A stretch of DNA of 64,000 bases, taken from an uncultured Acidobacteriota bacterium (lineage in GTDB: Bacteria > Acidobacteriota > Vicinamibacteria > Vicinamibacterales > 2-12-FULL-66-21). The stretch spans positions 280,291 to 344,290 of the forward strand of contig CAWKBU010000031.1 of assembly GCA_963847975.1 (NCBI GenBank). The letters run 5' to 3'. A program made the position numbers and the translations under genes. The first letter of the stretch is position 1; the number at the start of each line of letters is the position of its first letter. Positions 48,336 through 58,841 of the stretch are shown here, piece by piece. The notes below the pieces were generated by a model. The model was given only the letters and a program-made list of their open reading frames with translations. It was not told the DNA's origin and made no database searches.

Positions 48336-49670
48336 TCAGGCGGCATCTAGCCCGAGTCTCTTCTGCATCTCCTCGAGAGGCACGCCTTTCGTCTCGGGCA
48401 CCATCAGCGCCACCCACAGCAGCTGGATCGCCATCATCACCGTAAAGAAGAGGAACACCAGCCCAGGGGCGAACGCGGTCACCATAATCGGGAAGAACGT
48501 CGTCAGCAGCGCCGCGAAGATCCAGTGCGTGAAGCTGCCAAGAGCCTGCCCCTCGGCGCGATAGCGGGTCGGGAAGATCTCGGAGATGAGCACCCAGATC
48601 ACCGCGCCCTGCCCGACCGCATGGGCGGCGATGAAGGCGAAGATACAAGCCGGGACGATCGCGTAGTGCCCGGTGAAGAACGCCCAGGAGGTCAGGCCGA
48701 GCGAGGCGATGTAACCGAACGAGCCGATCTGAAGCAGCGTGCGCCGGCCGAGCCGATCGATCAACCACAGCCCGACGAACGTGAAGATCAGGTTCGTGAC
48801 GCCGATGCCGATCGACTGCAGCAGCGCGGCCTGGGCGCCGAGCCCAGCCATCTCGAAGATACGCGGCGCAAAATACAGCACGGCATTGATACCCGAGAGC
48901 TGGTTGAAGAACGCCACGAGGAAGGCGAGCAGTATCGGCACCCGGAGCCGGCGCGTCCAGAACTTCGCCGCCACCTCCCGGTCGCTGGCCGAAGCTCGAA
49001 TCACGTTCGCGGTCAGCCTCGATCTCGGCCGTGGACGCCTCCGGGCTCGATCCGGCGCAGCACCTGCGACGCCGGAGGCGCGGTCGCCCTTCCGCGCAAT
49101 CAGCCAGCGAGGACTCTCGGGAATGGCAAAGCAAAGGACGGTGTAAATCAGCGCGGGGACCGCCTCCACGCCGAGCATCCAGCGCCAGGCGTGCTCGCCG
49201 ATGCCCGCGAGCAGAGCGTTCGACACGAACGCGGCGAGGATGCCGAACACGATATTGAACTGGAACAGGCCCGCGAGCCGGCCGCGCCATGCCGGCGGCG
49301 CGATCTCCGCGATGTAGAGCGGCGCCGCGACCGTTGACATGCCGACGCCGAGTCCGCCGATGAAGCGCGCGACGATGAAGGTATAGACGCCCGTGGCGAG
49401 GCCCGACCAGACGGCCGAAACGAAATACAAGATGCCGATCCAGACAAGGGTTGGGCGCCGTCCGAGCCGGTCGGTCGGCCAGCCGCCAACGAGTGAGCCG
49501 AGCACGGTGCCGTAAAGCGCCGAGGCCATCGCCACGCCGTGCATCGTCGGGCTGAGCGACCACAACGCCTGAATCGTCTGCTCGGCGCCGGAGATGACGA
49601 CGGTATCGAACCCGAACAGAAAACCCGCGAGCGCGGAGGTGATCGACCAGAAGAAGATGCTGCGTTTCAT
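48336..49670 (-). CDS. Sugar-porter-family MFS transporter
   Basis: 444 aa with FGFDTVVISGA, GWPTDRLGRR, PESPRWL and PETKG signature blocks. Confidence 0.85.
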   Translation of the reverse strand: MKRSIFFWSITSALAGFLFGFDTVVISGAEQTIQALWSLSPTMHGVAMASALYGTVLGSLVGGWPTDRLGRRPTLVWIGILYFVSAVWSGLATGVYTFIVARFIGGLGVGMSTVAAPLYIAEIAPPAWRGRLAGLFQFNIVFGILAAFVSNALLAGIGEHAWRWMLGVEAVPALIYTVLCFAIPESPRWLIARKGDRASGVAGAAPDRARRRPRPRSRLTANVIRASASDREVAAKFWTRRLRVPILLAFLVAFFNQLSGINAVLYFAPRIFEMAGLGAQAALLQSIGIGVTNLIFTFVGLWLIDRLGRRTLLQIGSFGYIASLGLTSWAFFTGHYAIVPACIFAFIAAHAVGQGAVIWVLISEIFPTRYRAEGQALGSFTHWIFAALLTTFFPIMVTAFAPGLVFLFFTVMMAIQLLWVALMVPETKGVPLEEMQKRLGLDAA

Positions 49671-49755
49671 GACCCGTGCCGAGCGCTGGGTCGTGCACGG
49701 GCGACGTGCGCGCGCATCACGCGGCGTGGAGCGCTGGGGAACGTCCGGCGACGCG

Positions 49756-50259
49756 TCATGCCGCCGCGAGCCGCGGCCGGCGGGCGAACAGGCCGTGCAG
49801 GATGCGGTCGAGCCCGGCGAAGCGGCCGCTGCCCGTCGCGAAGATGACGATGAGCGCGCACAGTTCCACCAGGTTCTTGTTCACGATCAGGTAACTGCCC
49901 TCGGTGGGGATCGAGTAGAAGTAACCGATGAAGGGCGGGTTGCACAGGTAGAAGAGCAGGATGAAGGCGATGCCGCCGAGGCTCGCGAGCCGCGTGAGGA
50001 GCCCGAGGACCAGGCACACGCCGACGATCGTGAGCCCCCACATCGTGATGAGGTCGGCGTTGGCGAGCAGGTTCGGCCGACTGGCCAGGTCCCTGAACAG
50101 ATCCGCCAGCGGTCCGCGCGCCTGCTTCAAGTAGCCGGCGGCCGACCATGAGGGCGACGTCAGCTTGGCGATGCCCTCGTAGAGGAAATGCCACCCGACA
50201 AACACCCGCAGTGCCGTGATGGCGATCATCGCCCCGCGGGAGAGCTTCATGTCATCCAT
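49756..50259 (-). CDS. DoxX-family membrane protein
   Basis: 167 aa, 4 TM: LRVFVGWHFLYEGIAKL…. Confidence 0.75.
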   Translation of the reverse strand: MDDMKLSRGAMIAITALRVFVGWHFLYEGIAKLTSPSWSAAGYLKQARGPLADLFRDLASRPNLLANADLITMWGLTIVGVCLVLGLLTRLASLGGIAFILLFYLCNPPFIGYFYSIPTEGSYLIVNKNLVELCALIVIFATGSGRFAGLDRILHGLFARRPRLAAA

Positions 50260-50270
50260 CTCACTCTCCT

Positions 50271-51711
50271 CTAGACTTTGAAGTCTTCAGGCTTGAACGA
50301 CACGCGGCACTTCGCCTCGATCGCCTCGTTGACCTTGAGGACGCTGACCGCGCTCTCGTAGCCGATTTCCGCCGGGCAGTTGAGTTTCGCCTTGCCGCGC
50401 ACGGCGTCGAAGAAGTTCTGCAGATGCGGCTGGTGATAGGGGTCGCGCAGGACGACCGGCACCGTGTGCTGATCGGGAGCGACCGACTCGCGCACGTCCG
50501 CCACGGCGCCAGATTCGCTCTTGGCCTTGGCCTCCTGCTCTTTGGGAGCGCTCACGTACCCCTTCTGGATCCACTCGTCCCAGGCGGGCGCGTTCGGGTC
50601 GCGGTACAGCTGGCCGGCGTAGTTCAGTTCTGACTCGGAGATGAGCAGCGTCCCCTGGTCGCCCATGAAGGTTTCGAAGTAGCCCTGGCTGCCGTTGGTC
50701 GTCTGCGTCTGGTAGTACGCCTTCGCCGGGCCGAGCGCGGTGTCGTAGTCGTAGACGACCATGACCGTGTCGTACCACTCGTGCGTCTTCGGATCGTGGT
50801 AGAGCAATCCGCCGCTCGCCATCACGTGGGAGGGGTTCGCGCCGAGGAACCAGTTGTAGATGTCGATCTGATGGGAGCCAAGATCGACGATCGGCCCGCC
50901 GCCGAGGCCCTTGTACCAGCGCCAGTTGCGGAACTGGGGCATGTCCTTGAAGCCGGTACTGTTTCAGCTGCGCCGCCGGAATCGCGTAGCGTTCGGGCGC
51001 GCCGAGATCGGGCGACACCGCGCGGTTCCACTGCCCGTTGACGGTGACGATCCGGCCGAGCAGCTTCGCCTCGCCGAGCAGCTTCTCGTAGCAGTGGATG
51101 TAGCGCGGGTTCGAGCGGCGCTGGTGGCCGATCTGCAGGAGCTTGCCGGTCTCGCGGGCGGCAGCCACCATGCTGCGCGCGCCCTCGAGCGTATTCGACA
51201 TCTCTTTCTCGCAGTACACGTGCTTGCCGGCCTTGAGGCAGTCGATCGTGTGCCGCGCGTGCCAGAAGTCGGGCGTGGCGATGATGACGGCGTCGAGTGC
51301 CTTCTCCTTGTCGAGCATCTCGCGGTAGTCGTCGTAGCCGTTGACCTCGTGCTTGAACCGCTTGAGGGTGTTGACGGCGCGCCGCTGGTTGTACTCCGTC
51401 CAGATGTCGCACACCGCCCGGAAGCGCAGTCCGGGGATGCGCAACATCGCTTCCGTCAGCACCTGGCCCTGCGCCCCGGCGCCGAGAAGAGCGACGTTGA
51501 TCTCCTGCAGGTCGGCTGGCGCCACCGGCGGCGCGGACGCCGCCTCCGCCCGTCCCTGCTGGTAGCGGCGCTGTCTGTTCCACGCGTAGCCGAAAAGCCC
51601 CAGCGCCGGGACCGTGGACAGGCCCATGAGCAGATCACGCCGATCGAGCTTTCTCGGGCCGTCGGCTGCAGACTGCGGCTTGCCTTTGCTCTTGTCGTCC
51701 TCGCCAGCCAT
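50271..51711 (-). pseudogene. TAT-signal Gfo/Idh/MocA-family oxidoreductase, one frame break
   Basis: ORF 50287..51711 gives the N-half (DRRDLLMGLSTVPALG twin-Arg signal, VALLGAGAQG Rossmann, KHVYCEKEM). It continues in ORF 50271..50942 (MPQFRNWRWYKGLGGGPIVDLGSHQIDI…). The switch lies near 50950. Confidence 0.75.
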
Positions 51712-51905
51712 CGCTCGTCTCCTGCTCTCACATCCGACGGGGCTTCGCCCCTCGGACTCCCCTCACGCTCTCTCGCGCGCCGCTTCGTCGCGCGTTCCGT
51801 TCGCGTGGCTCACTTCCGCCTCCGCTAAAGCTACGCGAGATCTCGCCGGCGCGCTCGGCGCGAAGGCGGGACGCTCTCGCTCGTTCGCTCTGTATGCGAT
51901 CGCTT

Positions 51906-52850
51906 CTACGCCTGCGGGTCGGCCGAAGTGGAGGAGCTCCGCCTCGTCCGGCTGTCCTCCGCGGACTCCGGCAGGACCCACGCCTCCAGTCCTGGACTGC
52001 GCTCGCACAAGGCCGCAATCTCCTCGCTGCCGAGCAGCATGAACGCGGTCGTCAGCGCGTCGGTCACGGCACCGGCCGCGATCCGCGGCCCCTCGTCGGC
52101 AGCGGCGTCGTCTCCGGTCCGGTCCGGCCGCGGCAGCGCGACCCAGGCCGCCCGCCGGCCGCGAACGGGCTCGCCGGTGCGCGGGTCCAGGATGTGATCG
52201 CCCTTGCGCACGCCGGAGGCTCCGAGGGCCGTCTGGCGTACCGAGAGCCGAGCGAGCACCCGTGACGGCGCCGCCGGATCGCTGAGCGTCAGCGGCCAGC
52301 CGTCGCCGCCGCGTGGCTCGAGGGCGAGGACCGAGCTGAAGCCGCCGTGAACGAGCGCCCGCTCGATGCCCCAGTCCTCCAGCAACTCCGCCACCAGATC
52401 GACGGCGTAGCCCTTGCCGATGCCGCCGAGGTCCAACCGCACGCCATCCCGTGTCGCGCGGACCGAGGAGTCGTCGGCATCCAGTTCGAGCGACGTCAGC
52501 CCGGTGCCGATGGCGATGTCGAACGCGCCGCCCGTCAGTTCGTACACATGGCGCGCGATGAGCAGGCACTCCATCGCCGACGATCCGAGGCGTGCGGTCT
52601 CGCCCGCCGCCAGATGGTTGACCCGCGCGATGTCGCTGTTGGAGCGGAAGCGGCTCAACTCCCGCTCGAGGCGATCCACGAGGTCGAAGGCCGCCTGCGC
52701 CGCCTGCGCCGCATACCGCTCGTCGGGATGCACGGCGTACACCTCGAAGACGGTGGCCATCGCCTCGTGCGAAAAACGGCGGACGTCGCCAAGCTCGCCT
52801 GGTCCCGCGATCCCGAGTCCGCCGTCGATGTCCGGCCCACCTGCGCGCAT
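51906..52850 (-). CDS. apbE: FAD:protein FMN transferase (ApbE family)
   Basis: 314 aa: AMATVFEV…SDIARVN…GAFDIAIG…LDLGGIGKGYAVD…ALGASG…. Confidence 0.8.
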   Translation of the reverse strand: MRAGGPDIDGGLGIAGPGELGDVRRFSHEAMATVFEVYAVHPDERYAAQAAQAAFDLVDRLERELSRFRSNSDIARVNHLAAGETARLGSSAMECLLIARHVYELTGGAFDIAIGTGLTSLELDADDSSVRATRDGVRLDLGGIGKGYAVDLVAELLEDWGIERALVHGGFSSVLALEPRGGDGWPLTLSDPAAPSRVLARLSVRQTALGASGVRKGDHILDPRTGEPVRGRRAAWVALPRPDRTGDDAAADEGPRIAAGAVTDALTTAFMLLGSEEIAALCERSPGLEAWVLPESAEDSRTRRSSSTSADPQA

Positions 52851-52884
52851 GAAGGGTCAGGTCCGGAAAGAGAATCCCCTGCCC

Positions 52885-54315
52885 CTAGGTCGACAGCGAC
52901 CATCCCGCGCGGTAGTTGTGATTGACGAACTGGTCCGCGTCCGGCATGTTGGTGACCTTCATGTTCGGCGCGTCCCACAGGAGCCGGACTCCCGGGTACC
53001 GCAGGGCGACGTTGCCGAGGAGCACCGACTCAGTGAACGGCCCGGCGTAGTCGAAGCTCGACACCGCCTGCCCCTTCTGCCGAATCGCATCCAGCCAGTT
53101 CTTCTCGTGCCCCGAGCGCCCGTCCGGCACGCGCGGCAGCGTCCGCGCCGGGCGCTGGAAGGCCTGCATGAACGTCTCCGGGATGAGGCGCGGGCTCTCC
53201 GAGTAGGTCTCGCACCACATCTTGCCCTTTTCGCCGACGAAGATCGTGCCCGACTCCGGCAGCTTCCGATTCGGCTCCAGATCGTCGGGCAGCTCGGGGA
53301 GGAGGCCGCCGTCGTACCAGTGCATCTTCACCGGCGCCATGTTGCCGCGCGCCGGGAACGACAGGTGGATGACCGAGGACGGCGGATAGCTGTCGTTGTA
53401 TTCGACGCGCTGCCCGTACCCGCGCGCGCCCGGCGCCGGCGGCAGGAAGTTGTAGGCCAGGGTCGCGAGGACGCTCGTCGGCGCGCCCAGCTTGAGGATC
53501 GTGAACGCCGCGTCCATGACGTGGCAGCCCATGTCGCCCATCGCGCCGGCGCCGAAGTCCTGCCACGCGCGCCAGCCGAACGGATGGTATGTCTTCTGGA
53601 TGGGGCGCATCGGCGCGGGCCCGATCCACAGATCCCAATCCATGCCGTCAGGCACCGCCACCGTTTCGGTCGGCCGGGGCATGCCCTGCGGCCAGATCGG
53701 GCGGTTGGTCCAGCAGTACACCTCATGCACCTGGCCGATCGCGCCGGCCTCGAGCCACTCCTGCATCAGGCGCAGGCCCTCTTCCGAGTGGCCCTGGTTG
53801 CCCATCTGCGTCACGACCTTGTACTTGCGCGCGGCCTCGGTCAGCGCCCGGGCCTCGCTGACGGTGCGCGTCAGCGGCTTCTGCACGTAGACGTGCTTGC
53901 CGAGCTGCATCGCCGCCATGGCGACCACGGCGTGCGTGTGATCCGGCGTCGCGACGAGCACCGCGTCGATGTCCTTCTGCTTCTCGAGCATCACGCGGAA
54001 GTCTTTGTACTCGGTCGCCTTCGGGAACTTGTCGCTGCTCGTGTTGCGCCGCTTGCGGGCCTCCTTCGCGGCGGTGCTCTCGTCGCAGTCGCAGAGCGCG
54101 ACGATGTTGTCGCTCTTCGCCATGTTGAGCAGGTTGGTCGTGCCCATGCCGTGCGCGTAGCCGACGACGCCGACGTTGACGGTGTCGCTCGGCGCCTGGA
54201 ACCCGACGCCGCCGAGCACGTGGCGCGGCACGATCGTGAAGCCGGCCGCGGTGGCCACGGTGCCCACGAACTTCCGCCGTGAGACCTCGGTGGGTTTCTG
54301 CTTGTCGTTGCTCAT
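52885..54315 (-). CDS. TAT-signal Gfo/Idh/MocA-family oxidoreductase
   Basis: Intact 476 aa with SRRKFVGTVATAAGF (twin-Arg), VGVVGYAHGMG (Rossmann) and KHVYVQKPL blocks. Confidence 0.85.
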   Translation of the reverse strand: MSNDKQKPTEVSRRKFVGTVATAAGFTIVPRHVLGGVGFQAPSDTVNVGVVGYAHGMGTTNLLNMAKSDNIVALCDCDESTAAKEARKRRNTSSDKFPKATEYKDFRVMLEKQKDIDAVLVATPDHTHAVVAMAAMQLGKHVYVQKPLTRTVSEARALTEAARKYKVVTQMGNQGHSEEGLRLMQEWLEAGAIGQVHEVYCWTNRPIWPQGMPRPTETVAVPDGMDWDLWIGPAPMRPIQKTYHPFGWRAWQDFGAGAMGDMGCHVMDAAFTILKLGAPTSVLATLAYNFLPPAPGARGYGQRVEYNDSYPPSSVIHLSFPARGNMAPVKMHWYDGGLLPELPDDLEPNRKLPESGTIFVGEKGKMWCETYSESPRLIPETFMQAFQRPARTLPRVPDGRSGHEKNWLDAIRQKGQAVSSFDYAGPFTESVLLGNVALRYPGVRLLWDAPNMKVTNMPDADQFVNHNYRAGWSLST

Positions 54316-54535
54316 GGTCTGCTCTCCTGCGCCAGGCCGGCCCGTCGGGGCGGCTGGATGGTCACAGTTACCGTTGGCGAAAAAATGCCCGCATCAGGAT
54401 TCCAACTCGCGCTGGCAAAGGCGTGCCGGCGGGAGGGCGGGACCGAGACGCGCTCTCACGCCAATGTATCCGACCTCGCCGTCGCGTGCACAGAATCATG
54501 CGCGCTCGGACCCCGGTCTGTCAGCCCTGACGAGG

Positions 54536-56169
54536 TTACCGCAGGCTCGCGGCGCGCCAGTCTGCTTCAGCTGGGGCTTCAGCTCGGCGAGGCGTGGCCG
54601 GGACACCCCTCGCGACGCGTGCCAGGAAGCGCTCCCACAGCCCGCGCTCGATGTAGAGCGTCAGGAGCACCTCGGGCCTGAGGCCGAAAAATTCCGACAC
54701 GTAGCCGTCGCCGAGGGCGCGGTCGAGGACGTCGGTCTGCTCCGTCGAGGCAACGATGACGGGCGCCTGCAGGGCCAGCGCATCCCCCGCTGCCGTCCAG
54801 TAACCGACGTGCGGCATCGTCCGGAGATACCAGGGCAGCGGCCACTGCTCGTGCGGCGGCGCGATGACCGACACCTGCATGCGGGCACCATCGGGATGCA
54901 GGGCGGCCAACTCGCGGATGCGCGTGGCCATGCGGACGGCGTCGGGGACGGTCTGCGCGTAGACGTAGGGATTGCGCGGGTCCGAGGCGTAGGTCACCGA
55001 CGCGCGCCATGCCTGCCACCCGAGGTGGCCGGACGCGATCACGAGCGCTGCCGTCAGTGCCCCACGCGCCACGCGGGACGACATCGCCTGGAGGATCGTC
55101 GAGAACCCGATGCCGGCCACCACGATCACCCCGGCGTAGAAGGGCAGCAGATTCCAGGGAGTCTTGTACGGGATGGCGGAGAAGATTGCCGTGGCGATAA
55201 CAGCGTTGCAGGTGAGGAAGCGGGTCCAGAAGCTCCTCGACGGGGCTCGGGACAGGTCCCTCGCTCGCGGCGGGGCCCATGCCGACACCGCGCCGACGGC
55301 AGCAAGCGCGAGCACCACCCCCTCGGTCCACGTCAGGCCCCCGGACGACGAGTAGGCGAGGATGCCGAGGTAGAAATGCCACGGGTGCGCGTGCGTCCCG
55401 GCGTCCACGCCGCGGTCGAGGTAGGTGCCGGCCGCACGGAGCGGCCCGAGGACGCCGCCGGGATCGGCGAGAAACGACGAGTAGAAGACTGCCGCGACCG
55501 CCATTGCCACGGTCAGAGCCACGACGGCCGACTTCCCCATTGCCCACCGGCCACCGGGATCCGCGACCGTTCGGGTCCCAGCGACCACCTGGAGATCGCG
55601 CAGGCGGCGAGCGCAGCAGGCAGGACGATGACCGATGTCTCCTTGGTCGCGACGGCCAGGCCCGCGGCAACGCCCGCCAGCGTCGACCAGGCGAGGCCGC
55701 CGCCCGTCGCCACGCGTCCGATGGCGATCACGAACGCCAGCGTGAAGCAGGCAAACATCGATTCCTGGATGTACATCCGGGAATAGAAAACCATCGCCGG
55801 CGACAGCGCCATCAAGGCCGCGCCGGCAGCGACCGCCGTGCGGCCGATACCGGCGGACAAGAGCGGCAGCAGCAGAATCGTTGCCACGCCGGCGACGGCG
55901 GTCACGCCGCGTATCGTGCGTTCGTCAAGCGACGCGAGTGTCGTTTGGCCGCGCAGCCTCGCCGCCGGCAGCGACAGGTAATAGAGCGTCGGGCCGTGAT
56001 GGTCGTAGGCGTCGTAGCGGTACTCGCCGCGCTCGAGCAGCGCGCCGAACTTGATCGCCTGGTTGGCTTCGTCGTTGTGCATCGGCCGCACGTCGAGCCG
56101 GGCCAGGCGCAGCGCCAGCCCGGCCGTCAGTGCGATCGCGACGAGCGCGGCCGCGCCCGCGCGCGTCAT
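54536..56169 (-). pseudogene. TIGR03663/Agl23-like polytopic membrane glycosyltransferase-related protein, one frame break
   Basis: Start ATG 56169 (MTRAGAAALVAIALTAGLALRLARLDVRPMHNDEANQAIKFG…YDHHGPTLYY). The text continues in ORF 54536..55588. The switch lies near 55570. Confidence 0.6.
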
Positions 56170-56831
56170 TTCGGCGAGCCGTAGACCTCGACTTCGACGT
56201 AGTGGGTCAGATCGTTCGTGGTGTTGCCGTTCGAATAGAGGCGAACGTAGCGCCCCTTCGCGCCCTTCGGGTCGAACAGCTTGCCCTCGGCGACCTCGAT
56301 GTACTCCTTGTCCTTCCCGACCCCGAGCTTCGCCGTGTTGTCGTGGTCGTTGTTGAAGACCGTCGCTACGCCGGTCTTGAAGGCCGGGTCGTCGGAGACC
56401 TGGACGATGACGTCGCGGTAGACGCGCGCCTGGCTGTGATAGTGCCAGGCGAGGATGGCGTAGAGCGGGTGCGAGGCGCCGAGGTCGATCTGCACCCACT
56501 GCGGGGACGGCCCGAGCTCGATGAAGTAGCCGTCGCCTCCCGCCTTCTCGCCGTCGGTGATCATGTCGAGCTCGCCGATGACCGGCTGCATGTCGCTCGA
56601 GGTCACTTTCTTCTTGGCCGACAGCAGGACCGTGCCCTTCGGCACGTAGAACGGGCCGCGCGACTTGCCGGTCACCTCGAGGTTGGCACTGCGGATGTTG
56701 GTGGGGGTGCCGATGAACATGGGCTTGGGGAGCTTGAGCTTCAACTCCTCCTTGCTCGGATCGGGCTGCGCCCCGAGTGGCGCCAGAGCCAAGGCGAACA
56801 GCAGTGAACTGGCGAGCGTGCGCTTGGTCAT
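56166..56831 (-). CDS. Secreted discoidin (F5/8 type C)-like carbohydrate-binding domain protein
   Basis: ATG 56831 follows GAGGA. The signal is MTKRTLASSLLFALALAPLGAQ. Typical text includes WVQIDLGASHPLYAILAWHY and GRYVRLYSNG. The stop overlaps the next ATG (ATGA). Confidence 0.65.
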   Translation of the reverse strand: MTKRTLASSLLFALALAPLGAQPDPSKEELKLKLPKPMFIGTPTNIRSANLEVTGKSRGPFYVPKGTVLLSAKKKVTSSDMQPVIGELDMITDGEKAGGDGYFIELGPSPQWVQIDLGASHPLYAILAWHYHSQARVYRDVIVQVSDDPAFKTGVATVFNNDHDNTAKLGVGKDKEYIEVAEGKLFDPKGAKGRYVRLYSNGNTTNDLTHYVEVEVYGSPK

Positions 56832-56990
56832 TGAGGTCCTCAGAAATGACGTCGGTGATTGCTGGTACTCACGGATAAGCCGGGGCCGGCAGTCCTGTGA
56901 CGGGCGCCGGAACGTACCCGCAATCTTACAACGGCGGCCCAGCACCGGCGGCCGCGCTGCATTTGGTCCACTTGACAACCAAGTAGAGAC

Positions 56991-57301
56991 GTGTTCGGCA
57001 AGCGGATAAAAACCACTGACGACCGACCCAACGCTGTCCCGTGGCTCACCGTCGTCGGGGTCGTGCGTGACGTCCGGCAGATGGGGCTCGACGCACCGGT
57101 CCGACCAGAGATTTGGCTCGGTCTGCGCTCTCGGGGCCACGCCCCTGGTGTCGAGCCTGCTGGTACGGTTTCTCTGGATTCGAGCCAGGCGTTCTCCTCG
57201 TCGCGTGCTTGCTGCTCGTTCTGCTGGCCCTCGTCGCGAGCTATCTGCCGGCCCGACGCGCGAGCATGCTCGATCCTGTTGTGGCACTGCGACAAGCGTG
57301 A
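56991..57301 (+). pseudogene. Second ADOP/MacB-type permease remnant (mid fragment fused to the C-terminal TM and tail)
   Basis: PWLTVVGVVRDVRQMGLDAPVRPEIW (ORF 56991..57326) is followed, in another frame, by GFEPGVLLVACLLLVLLALVASYLPARRASMLDPVVALRQA (ORF 57113..57301). Confidence 0.55.
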
Positions 57302-57322
57302 CGGGTACAACCACTCACCAAT

Positions 57323-58348
57323 CTAAGGCACGAGCAGCAACGGAACCGCGATCCCGGTGGCGAACACGATCATGACCAGCCACGACCACGGATTGCCGAG
57401 GTTCAGGGTGTAGCCCAACCCCATCCGTCGTTCAACGAAGAGGGTGGGATCGGCTCGATTGAAATAGAGACGGCCCAGGATCCAGGACGAGTCTGGCGTG
57501 GTATCCCCAAGCGGCGGCGCTTCGAGAACGGCTGTTCGTCGCATCACGCGTATGGCGATCGTCCCGACGATGAGAAGCGCAAAAGGAGCGACTCGAATCA
57601 CGAGCGGCAGGCGCAACTCCCGCGCGTCCTCGGCGAACATCGCGACAACGGTCGTCCATGACAGCAAGAGAGCTATCAAGTAGGACCACGCGAGCTGAGC
57701 GACCAGGTTGACCCGGCGGACGCGGCGATACTGCCGGCCATCCTGCCCCACGACTCGAGGAAGACGTGTCCAGTGCAGGACTGCGTAGGACGTGAACAGC
57801 GACGCCGCACAAGCGACACAACCGATCGCGAAGCCGCGAAAGACTCCCGGAACAGACTTCGCCGTCCAGCCGTCCGCCTTGCCCGCGAGATTCCAGTGTG
57901 TGGGAAACCGCGCGGGGACGTCCTCCCAATTCAGGGCCACGTACACGGTGGCGGCCAACAGGATCAGAAACGGACCAAGCTGACCGAGCACTCCCCCGGG
58001 AAGACCATCTCGCGGACCAATCGCTGCCTCGCGAATCGTCGTAGGCACGACCGCGTGAGGACGAACAGTGTCCCATGCCCTTGCAAAGGCGACGGTGGCA
58101 CCGACCGTTTGGCCCAGCAACATCCAGCCCGACACCGACGGCATCGGTGACGTCATCACGAACGCCGCGGCAGCCAGCGCGAGAAGCCGAATCTCAGCTG
58201 CGTAGCGGCGCGAGACCCTTCGCGCTACGATGCCCTCGCGGAAGGCCCCGGAGACCGTGACACCGAAGAAGATGTCGCGCCGTGTCATGTGCGGGGCGAG
58301 GTGCAATGACACAGCGACGAGCGCGATGAAGGCGAGCATCGTGCTCAT
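57323..58348 (-). CDS. DUF1648/DUF5808-type polytopic membrane protein
   Basis: 341 aa: WEDVPARFPTHWNLAGKADGW (DUF1648-like) and FNRADPTLFVERRMGLGYTLNLGNPWSW (DUF5808-like). Confidence 0.6.
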   Translation of the reverse strand: MSTMLAFIALVAVSLHLAPHMTRRDIFFGVTVSGAFREGIVARRVSRRYAAEIRLLALAAAAFVMTSPMPSVSGWMLLGQTVGATVAFARAWDTVRPHAVVPTTIREAAIGPRDGLPGGVLGQLGPFLILLAATVYVALNWEDVPARFPTHWNLAGKADGWTAKSVPGVFRGFAIGCVACAASLFTSYAVLHWTRLPRVVGQDGRQYRRVRRVNLVAQLAWSYLIALLLSWTTVVAMFAEDARELRLPLVIRVAPFALLIVGTIAIRVMRRTAVLEAPPLGDTTPDSSWILGRLYFNRADPTLFVERRMGLGYTLNLGNPWSWLVMIVFATGIAVPLLLVP

Positions 58349-58351
58349 GCG

Positions 58352-58761
58352 TTACGCCTTCTTGAGTTTGCGTGCCGTCAGTTCTGTCGCGACGACCCGC
58401 ATGGATTCGGCGATGACTCCGGGCGCGAGCCCAGCTGCCTGAGCCTCGGCCGTCAACTCACGCAGACGCTGCACCAGCGATGGCTGCGCCTTTCGTGTGG
58501 GCCGCGGCCGCAATCAATCCAGGACGATGGCTCCGTGTCGGCGACGCAGGTCGAGCCACCCTTCCTCCGAGAGCACACGGTACGCCTCCGCAACGGTGTT
58601 GTGGTGAACGCCGAGATCGATGGCCAGGCGCCGTACCGTAGGAGCGGATCGCCGACCGGAAACGCGCCGTCTACCAACAGCGCCCGAATAGCATTGGCGA
58701 TTTGCCGATACGCCGGCACCGAGGAGGCGAGATCGATGCGAATGACGACCGCTGGTCTCAT
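58352..58761 (-). pseudogene. GntR-family (YtrA-like) transcriptional regulator with one frameshift and an in-frame TGA
   Basis: MRPAVVIRIDLASSVPAYRQIANAIRALLVDGAFPVGDPL shifts near 58640 into PTVRRLAIDLGVHHNTVAEAYRVLSEEGWLDLRRRHGAIVLD. An in-frame TGA (58514-58516) follows, then …LVQRLRELTAEAQAAGL…TARKLKKA and TAA (58352). Confidence 0.6.
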
Positions 58762-58841
58762 TGTATGATGTCTACAGACAATAGACAGGATCGACTGGCA
58801 ATGTCAACGGCTGGAGCGTGCTCGACAACGGGCGCAGACGC

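Noticed and set aside
48950-49110. Possible compensated double frameshift in the central loop of the sugar-porter gene (Arg/Pro-rich DRASGVAGAAPDRARRRPRPRSR)
   Set aside because: The ORF is continuous, the central loop of MFS sugar porters is poorly conserved, and I cannot show a better reading in another frame.
52414-55786. Large plus-strand ORFs 52414..54282 and 54176..55786. Similar shadows occur at 13938..15086, 16204..17742, 24869..25825, 25732..26874, 30704..31783 and 33606..34934
   Set aside because: Each lies antisense to a gene with clear family motifs and shows the Arg/His/Asp/Pro-rich composition typical of high-GC shadow frames.
58514-58516. In-frame TGA in the GntR gene as selenocysteine or programmed read-through
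   Set aside because: There is no SECIS-like hairpin immediately downstream, the position is not a plausible redox site in a wHTH regulator, and the same gene also carries a frameshift. A lesion or sequencing error is more parsimonious.
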